Source: Glaucostegus cemiculus (taxonomy: Eukaryota). From it: DNA of 64,000 nucleotides. Under the pieces are notes generated by a model that was not told the origin of the DNA, made no database searches, and worked only from the letters and a program-made list of their open reading frames with translations. The stretch spans positions 3,658,001 to 3,722,000 of the forward strand of contig CDPCPM010000015.1 in NCBI GenBank assembly GCA_976551045.1. Direction: 5' to 3'. The position numbers were made by a program, and so were the translations under genes. Positions 1-64,000 of this stretch are shown one piece after another; within the stretch, counting starts at the first letter, position 1; each line of letters opens with the position of its first letter.

Positions 1-46
1 GGTGGTTCAGTTTCTTGTATAAGGTTGATAACCATGGAGAAGAAAA

Positions 47-85
47 CAGTTTACATTTCAGGTCAATGACCTTTCATCAGAAGTG
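47..85 (-). ncRNA. Minimal hammerhead-ribozyme motif of Penelope-derived repeat
   Basis: revcomp CACTT-CTGATGA-A-AGGTC(ATT)GACCT-GAAA-TG-TA-AACTG. Confidence 0.55.
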
Positions 86-324
86 AACAGTTAGAAGGTT
101 AAAACCTGAAGAGTTCCTTCACTCATTATTTAGAGCAGTCACAAGTAAAATGACATTAGTGTGAAATACTGTAGATATTGTCTTACAAGAAATATTGGGC
201 AATCCAAACTTTTTTTGTTACATCAGTAACTGCATTCTGAGTGATACTCAGTGGTTCTCGGGTTTCTTCTGTATATGAAATGACTACACTCCAAACTCAC
301 TGCTTGCTCTTTGCTTTATTGCAG

Positions 325-37440
<37,116 letters not shown>

Positions 37441-40333
37441 TGTTCTTATTTTGTCTCTCTTGGTGGGGTAAAAACCCATTTTAAATAGCACCTCAGCGCC
37501 AATCTGTCAGCATGATACTTTATGATGGGATAGTGGGCTGTGTCAGCTCAACAAAGTCTTTACACAATATTCTTATTCATATAGGCAACATACCAGGCCA
37601 AAACAACATCTGCACTGTCACAATTTCATACATGCCACAGATTATCAGACACCCTTTGAGAAGGGCCAACTAATATTTAAGATTAAGGTTGGGAGTATCC
37701 CTGAGCTCAACTAGTTTTCCTTTTGAAATATAGTGATCTAAATTAGAGTGTATTTAATGATGGATTCAACTATATTGAAGTAAAATAAACACAGATGATT
37801 GGAGCTTTAGAGATCAGATGTCAGCAACTTTGGGAGAATAGGTGCACTACTGAGTCAGAGTTAGGAATTTGCTTTGTATTTAGATATCAATAAATTAGTT
37901 ATTAAAACATTAAGCAAACATAATGTCATTATGACAGATTTGAAAAAAAGGATTTTCTAAAAAGAGACCCTAGATAGTTACTACTTCAGCCATTGGTCAA
38001 TGCTGTTGTCAGCAATTTCCTGCCCTTGTTCTAGTCTGAGAACTGCAGACAAATCCAGTTCATATAAATTGGCTTTTTTGCCAAATTACGACTTTTGGGA
38101 ATTGTACATCAAACCCGAAAACTTTGAACAGAGTAAATTATTTGCAAAATTGTTGCCAAAGGAAGCAGACAATAGATTGCCAGTTTATCATGAAGATTTT
38201 TGATTAAACCAACTACCCATTAGTTATAGAAAATACAGGCCAGTGACATCAGAGAACCGGAAAGAGGTGAAGTACTTCCATCTTAATTTTGTATCTCGTT
38301 AACTTTATATCAACAGGGAATGAAAGGCAACTTTTCTTTATTACTCTTTAACATTAAGTGCTCAATAATTGCCAGCCCCTTGTAAAGACAGATGGGGTGA
38401 AAGGTGTTTATAATGCTTCATTGAGTTGGGATTAACAAAAAGTCACAGTATTGTCAGGAATTAAGAATGATTGCATGTCAGAGGAGTTTGTCCAACTGCC
38501 TGTGACATTGTTGAGAGAGCATGGCACCATATCCCACCAATCAATACAAGTGAGAAACCCATTCCCAATAAACAGTATCAGTATTAAAAGGAGTCTTAAG
38601 AAATGTTGACAACCAACAGATTCAGGATTCCCACAATGACTTGATCTTCTGGGAATCTCTGTTCATTCCAAATGAAAGTCAGAAAGCTGAGAGTCCCTCA
38701 GTACTTTGTTCCACATACATTGTGAGAGTTTGGCTGGTGTATCTACCATATGCCAGCTGTTCTTCCTGCCCCATTGAAGTGTCCTCATTACAGCAAACAC
38801 TAGGATGAGGCATAATCCTAATTCTAGGCCTTTTATTCCAGTGTACAATGCTCCCATTTTACCTACCTTCATTTGAGACGTGTGGACTTGGGCAGAGTCC
38901 AACAACTCTGGGGGGATTTGTGAGAGAAAGAGGTTCCTATATGTATTTAAAATTATGTGCATGAAATTGCTTTGTAAAAAGCTTAGCAAGACTGACTATC
39001 AAATGAGCATCATCAGACTGACCCCTTGTCACCCTGCAGGGATTGGCCCCTAAACTCATCACCCAGCAGAGATAAGATTGGCTGATATGGGAATCATGAA
39101 GCAAAGCACAGGATCAGCCATAATCTTATTCAGTACCACAGTTGGCACAAGAGGCATTGTACCTACTTATGCTTTGATTTCTTATATCCTTTTCCTCCTA
39201 CCCTACAATGAGAGGTTTAGTCTCTTATTTTACCTCCCAATGGTGATGGATGTAGCCCTGGCCTGCTCCCCAAAAGAAGAGTCCCAGCCCTATCATTTTT
39301 GAAATCTTGTCCAGTAGAAGAACAAAATCTGTTCAGTGTGTCAGTTCTCACATAAAACAGTGAGGCTGAGACATGGAATTATGGAAGGGAGCTATTAGAA
39401 TCAACTAGATGATTGTGCATTACATGCAACTGTTCTGCATACAGGAAAATTATCCACCAACCCCAGATTCATGTTCTTTTGAAGAGGAAGCAAAGGAAAA
39501 TTATATTTCTCTCTACATATTTTACATATTATGTAAAGACTCATCAACCAGGAAAGACTGAAAATGGAAGTGGGGAACTATATCCAACTGTCAGTGGGCA
39601 AAGCTCTTCACCAACAGCTACCATTCCCCAACACAGATTCAGGGTTTCAAGACAATCACTCTTCATCACTTTTGCTTTGAAACAACAGCAGGTAAACCAA
39701 AAATATGGAGAACTGGACATTGAAATTTCTTCTTAATAGATGCCAATACAAGTCTCAATAGATATTGTTCTTGTAGTCTTGTGTCATGGCTACTCATTTC
39801 TGAAAGATGTTGAACAAATACACTCCTAGGTAGTTTTATTTCAATGACCTGAATTTAAGCAGTCTGGGAGTAAATGTTTCGAGAGTATTTCAGGTAACTG
39901 GTAACATAGTTTTTGTGTTTGAAATATGGCAGCTTTACCAGAATCTAACAGCACAGCAGCTAGCCACCCAGCTTGTTGTGCCTGAGCCAACTCTATCACT
40001 TAGCAATTACAGCAGGGAGTATGGACATTCTTGTTTTTTTAATCCCCAAATTGAGTTTAAATGGATGATATAGGAATAATTCCTCTGTTCACTGATTTGA
40101 ATTAACTTGCAACTTTGAACTTCTTTGTGTTTAAAGTCTAGGACATCCTCACACTTGTAGTAATTTGACAGAGTGAACAGGGGAATCATCCACTCGTCTT
40201 GCATTCCACACACACACACCCCCAACATTTCACTTTCTCATCCATAGAGATTAAATACTCAAGTTAATCTTAACCTCTTTAAAATGATTCCGCATGGCTA
40301 TGGCACAGTGCAGGCAAGTTACTGTTTCATTAA

Positions 40334-40421
40334 GGTGCTAATGTTAAAGGAATTACACATTCAACCTCAGACTACCTGAAGTCCTGTTGTTAGTAGTGCA
40401 ATTGACCTTACAATGGTGCTA
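40334..40421 (+). promoter_or_regulatory. miR-29 seed-site pair (plus miR-25/92 7mer) in probable long fibrillin 3'UTR
   Basis: GGTGCTA 40334-40340, TGGTGCTA 40414-40421, GTGCAAT 40396-40402; followed by U/TGTA-rich UTR-like sequence. Confidence 0.55.
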
Positions 40422-40946
40422 GTATCGAAATTCAGGGTTCCTGCACTATCCATCCCATTTTATATTTATGTATAACCGACATTTTGTACTGTTTGTCAAA
40501 ATATTTTTTGTGAGCTCATATCTTGTAGCTTTTTTTTGTAAACAGCCACTTCATGTAAAATAGAGGACGTGTTTATACTGTAATCATCTAGTGACAAACT
40601 TGAAAAACAACTTTTTTATTGTAAACTTGTAATACTGTATACAGATTTTTCTACTGCAAAGAGGGTTATGAATATAGTAATTCTGCCTAAACACTGGACC
40701 CTCACTATCTGTTGACCATTCTGAACTTTGTATTAACGATGTGAAGCCTGGACTGCCAAATAATGAAGTACTGTTACACTACAGGCCCAAGTCAGCCTCA
40801 GTGTGTTCTGGTGTCATCATTTGGTGTGTTGGGTTGGCAGGGGGGGAGGGGGGGGTGGCAGGGTGTGGAAGGAGGATTGGTGGGAGAAAGCAGATCTTAA
40901 CAAACCTACCTGGGGCATTAGATTTGTATCAAGAGACATGCTCAAC

Positions 40947-40952
40947 AATAAA
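40947..40952 (+). terminator. Candidate distal polyadenylation signal of fibrillin (proximal AATAAA at 37784 and 37889)
   Basis: AATAAA downstream of UTR-like tract 40300-40780. Confidence 0.35.
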
Positions 40953-41777
40953 AAGGATTATTTTAGGTTACATTTTCTGCCTCCACTGTGATTTGCCCCA
41001 GAGCTGAGACAGGTCTGTTCTATTTGAAGTCATCAACATAGTGACCTTGTCCAAGGAAGCTAATTATCTTTTAGTGATGGGCTCCTAGGGATTAGACCCT
41101 TACCCAGTTAGTCTATATGCAACTCCTGACTGTACAATTGAGTAACTGCACTTAAAGCAGCCTGGCAAACTTCTCAGTTGACAGGCAATTAAGGGGATGA
41201 GTATTAAATACTGGCAGGTCCACATCTTACAACAAATTAAAAACTAAAATATCTAGATGTAGGGCTTATATGGACTTTCCTTTATACTCAAAGGATGGTA
41301 AAGTTATTTCATTTTACTCTACTAGAAATCGTCATCTGAGATTGCACAAAGGCAGACAATTTAAAAGAGTTATGTTACTGCAGCCTTTGGTGTTGCAACT
41401 TCTAGGAAGGGATTTTGCAAAAACTTGAAGTTTTCTCCCTTCCTTACTGGAAGATGATGTTTTATTCCATGAGCAGGTGGCATTCTTTGAACCTGTACAA
41501 TGCACTCAACCTGATTGTTTCCTCACTCAGTGGCTACAACTCATGGGGGTTCACTGGATTATGATCAGGGTGATAGCTCAGGCTAGGCTGGGACATTGAG
41601 CTAGTTTTAATGTGATTACCAGAATGCAATTGAGACCAAGCTTCTCATGGTCACTAGGGTGAATAGAGCACATCACCATCATATGATATCTGCAAACCAC
41701 CAACATTTTTTACCTAATTTCCACCAGACCTTCCTCTCACTCAGGAAATAGGAAGCAGCCAAACATCAAATACAATT

Positions 41778-41783
41778 TTTATT
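41778..41783 (-). terminator. Candidate polyadenylation signal of the SLC12A gene
   Basis: tttatt on + (AATAAA on -) about 3.1 kb past the stop, followed on - by GT-rich sequence. Confidence 0.3.
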
Positions 41784-42959
41784 CACAACTGAAGTCAAGA
41801 TCGTCAATCGATGCTGATCATTCCATCAGGCCAAACAGCGACCTTAAACACTTACAACCAAAAGAAAAATCAACATCTGTTACATCTTTCCTTCAGCTTC
41901 AGGACTTATTAATATCTAACAGATTTTCTTTCTGGAATTAAAATCTAGTATCAGAAATGATAACCATGAGGCTCGTCATAAAGTTCATCTAGTGTAATTT
42001 AGGGCAATATGCAAATTAAAAGCAATAAAATATTCAATGCTACAATGTGTCCAAACATGATCCACAGTACCTCAAACCCAGCACTAATTTTGTCATTAAA
42101 TATTTAATGCATCCTGGTTAAAATAGGAAGATAAGCATTTCCCATTCCTGCTGACAGGAATTAATTGCAGTCAACAATCAGTTTAAAAAATGTCAGGAAG
42201 TTTGCCTCATCATCTGCAAGTGAATAGAACCTGAAGCCAATGGAGCACATCAGGTGCAGGAGGTGTGCAAGATGCATACAGCTATGGATTCAACTGAAGA
42301 TTCCTTTCTGCCATGTCGGATAAAATAAAAGCACAGAGGAAGGACAGAATTTCATACGACTAATTTCACTTGCCTTACCTTGCAGATTGGATCAGATGGT
42401 GTCATTTCATGTAATACAATTTATCCCTGAAAGTACTAACAGTGCACCAACAATAATCCGCAGAGTTAAGTCGAAGTGTTATTTTACATAACAGTAATGC
42501 ACACCAATCCAATCCGAATTTAAGTCACAGAAAGCTTCAAGCGGGCACTGTAGGTTTCCCATCGAGGAATCCCCAAGTGTGACCACAAACATGGAAGAGA
42601 AACAGGGGTTGGAGTAATCTCTTCCTAAACATTGCATCTGACTTGGACACATTGATGGTCACCCAGGTAAGGAGAAGGTCCTCTAACTTGCTTGCTCATC
42701 TCCTTGTAAGATGGTCACAGGCCAAAAGCTTGGGGCTAAACTTCAGCCAGAAATGGAGGAGCAACCCTTCAACTTACAGAAGAGAAGCAACACCCACTCA
42801 CAATCAATTCATTAATGAAACATGAACTCATCCAGTCCCTGAAAGTTAAAGGTGGCTCAGAGTTTGTGATCATAACAAAAGACATATTGGACTGCATTGG
42901 TGATGATGGCCCGATTTCTCCCTGATAACTCAAGTGCACTAAAGCCAATTAAAATATAT

Positions 42960-44310
42960 AAGTTAACAGCAGACAAAGGTGATTCAACACAGCAAGTCCA
43001 TGGCAGCTGAAGAAGTGATTTCTAGTGTAAGCACAAGTCAAAGTTTTTGGTCCGAATTCTGTAGGTCATACTTGTCAAGTATTCATCCAAGTGTTTTTCT
43101 TAAGTCTGATGAGAGTTTCTGCCTCCACCTTCTCCCATCCAGTCAGTGAGTTCCAAAATCCTACCACACTTCAGGTGCAAATATCCCCCCTCAGAATCAG
43201 AAAATTTAAGGCACAAAAGGAGGCTATTTTGCTTATTGTGACCATGCCAAAATCCACTTCAATTGGATTGGAAGTGGATTCTCTCCACTTCTTGTGCTTT
43301 TTCATATCGATTCTATATCTTCCAGTCTTCATCCAGGTGCTCTTTAAATGTGGTGAATTCCTGTCTCCACCACTCTGTCAGGCACTGAGTTCCAGATCCC
43401 CACCACTCATTTAATGATAGTGTTTTGGCAAATATTCCTCCAATCCTTTGATAATTAATTTAAGGCCCTTTCATTACTGACCTCACTACTAAAGGAAACA
43501 GCTGCTTTGAGTGTACCCTGGTCAGGCCCATTACAATATTTTACAGACGGAAGTTTATCTTCCTTCAACCTCTTCCATTCCAAAGAAAACAGTTCCAACC
43601 TAACAGATCATTCCTCGTGACTAAAGTCTTTCAATTTGTAAATCTCCTCTATACCCTCTAGTGCTTTTATATCCTTCCACCAGTTTTATAAACAGTACTC
43701 CAGCTCTGCCCTAACTCATGTTTTATAGAGGCCTGGTATCATGTCCTGCTCTTACATTTTATATCCACCTTCATCTATTCAGATACCTCCAAGAACCCAT
43801 GAACATGCACTCAACTTCCTTGGTTTCTCTACTTTTCTAATGTCTACCATTTATCCAAATGTGTTAGGACAACCTAACTTGAAACATATTTGCCATTTTC
43901 CTTCTCTCCTGACCAGTTACCATCTCCCTGCAGTACAGTTTTCTTCCTCACTTTCAACTATACATTCCACACACTTGGCCACACTGTAAAGTCCAATATA
44001 ACTTTAAATGTAAGCATACTAAAAGCAAGATACACAAGCGCTGCAACCTCCCCTCCAATTACTAAACCATCAACAATCACTCTTTGCTTTCTGCCAGTGA
44101 ATCAACTTTTTGCTCCAACTTGTCATTCTCAGTTAGATTCCATGGCCTTTTATCTTTCTGACCAGTCTGTCTTGTAGAACAAGTGCCTTGCTGCCATCCA
44201 TGTAGACTACATCAAATGGGTTACCTTCATTGAGCCTCTTTGTTGCCTCCTCAAAACGCTTAGACACAATTTCTCTTAACAAATCCAGACTGACTTTCTT
44301 TGATTAACCT
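42960..44310 (-). mobile_element. Highly decayed CR1-clade fragments
   Basis: tccatgtagactacatcaa..tgttgcctcctcaaaa (revcomp FEEAT..DVVYMD), gagttccagatccccaccactc. Confidence 0.55.
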
Positions 44311-44886
44311 GTAAATGACAATTACCACAACTCTTCACTAAGGTCATTACCAAGTTATTATCAACCTAACAATAAGGAGTAGCCTATTACACATCCAGAA
44401 ATTACACCACACCTTTTGCAGAGTGTATAGAATACTCCTCAACACTCACATAGAACTTTTGAAGAGTACACTAGAAATGGTTAATAAGGAAATATTAATG
44501 TGATCATCCCAAGGAATACTATCCAGAATGGGGTCTTTCCATCCTCACTCAAAATCATAGTATGGTTTCCCATTCTCTAAGGTCAAGAATCTGGCATGAA
44601 AGGATTCTACAACACCAAACAGAACCAAGCATAGAGTTCCACTACCCCAACTCTGAGATTGCTAGATTACAGACCTTCTATAATAACTTGATTTTCCTTT
44701 GTTACACAAGGTTTTCCTAACACATTGCCTCGTGCCAGAGCTATCTAACACATTCAGACTTATATAAGGGTCTCATAGTAAAGCTGAACAAGACAAGCTT
44801 AAAATGATCACTGATCACTCCATTTTAAAAGAGCTAATGTTTTTTAAAAGTGGACATGTTTCCCTGATAATCCTGTCAAGACAATG

Positions 44887-63600
<18,714 letters not shown>

Positions 63601-64000
63601 CTATGGGGAGAAGGTACCAGTTTACACAATGCTCTTCAAACATTCTAAAGAACATTTGCTAAATGCACTCCTTCTATACCAACAACACTACAACTTGTTC
63701 TTTACCCTGTTGGACAGTTTCTTGCATTTGATGATTTTAATCACTAGAGGAAAATCATTTGCCTCCCAATGAATGATCTACTTCCCAAGGTCTACTTGAG
63801 TTCACAGTTTCAATAGTCTTATGTTAACTTATTCAAAATCTCAGTGGCCAGAAGCATTTCTGAATTTCTGTTATTAAATCATTCCCTCTGAAATCTCAGC
63901 TTCTCTAACTCTTGTTTGATTAGGACCATAAAGGCTGCCCTACAGCGTCACCTCAATGGATACTAAATGCTTGAGTACACAGTGTAAATTGAAAGAAATG

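Overview
Eukaryotic (vertebrate) genomic DNA, most likely from a cartilaginous fish (shark/ray), judged from the repeat landscape (V-SINEs, Deu-domain SINE, CR1 and Rex1-type LINEs, Penelope remnants). Nearly all supplied ORFs are spurious because both real genes are spliced. (1) + strand, 325-37440: the last 29 coding exons of a fibrillin (TB4 with RGD, cbEGF23-43, TB5-7, furin site RHRR, C-terminal propeptide, TGA). Diagnostic residues point to fibrillin-3, and one intron is GC-AG. (2) - strand, 63600 down to 44887: the last 15 identifiable exons of an NKCC-type SLC12A cotransporter ending VLTFYS*, tail-to-tail with the fibrillin. Most interesting: this NKCC is divergent and sits beside FBN3, so it may be a third vertebrate NKCC ohnolog (cf. 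FBN2-SLC12A2 and FBN1-SLC12A1). It keeps an NKCC1-exon-21-like QPLL dileucine exon. The introns also carry a dispersed family of Penelope-derived elements with minimal hammerhead-ribozyme cores showing stem covariation. Comparisons to human proteins are from recall, not database searches; repeat boundaries are approximate.
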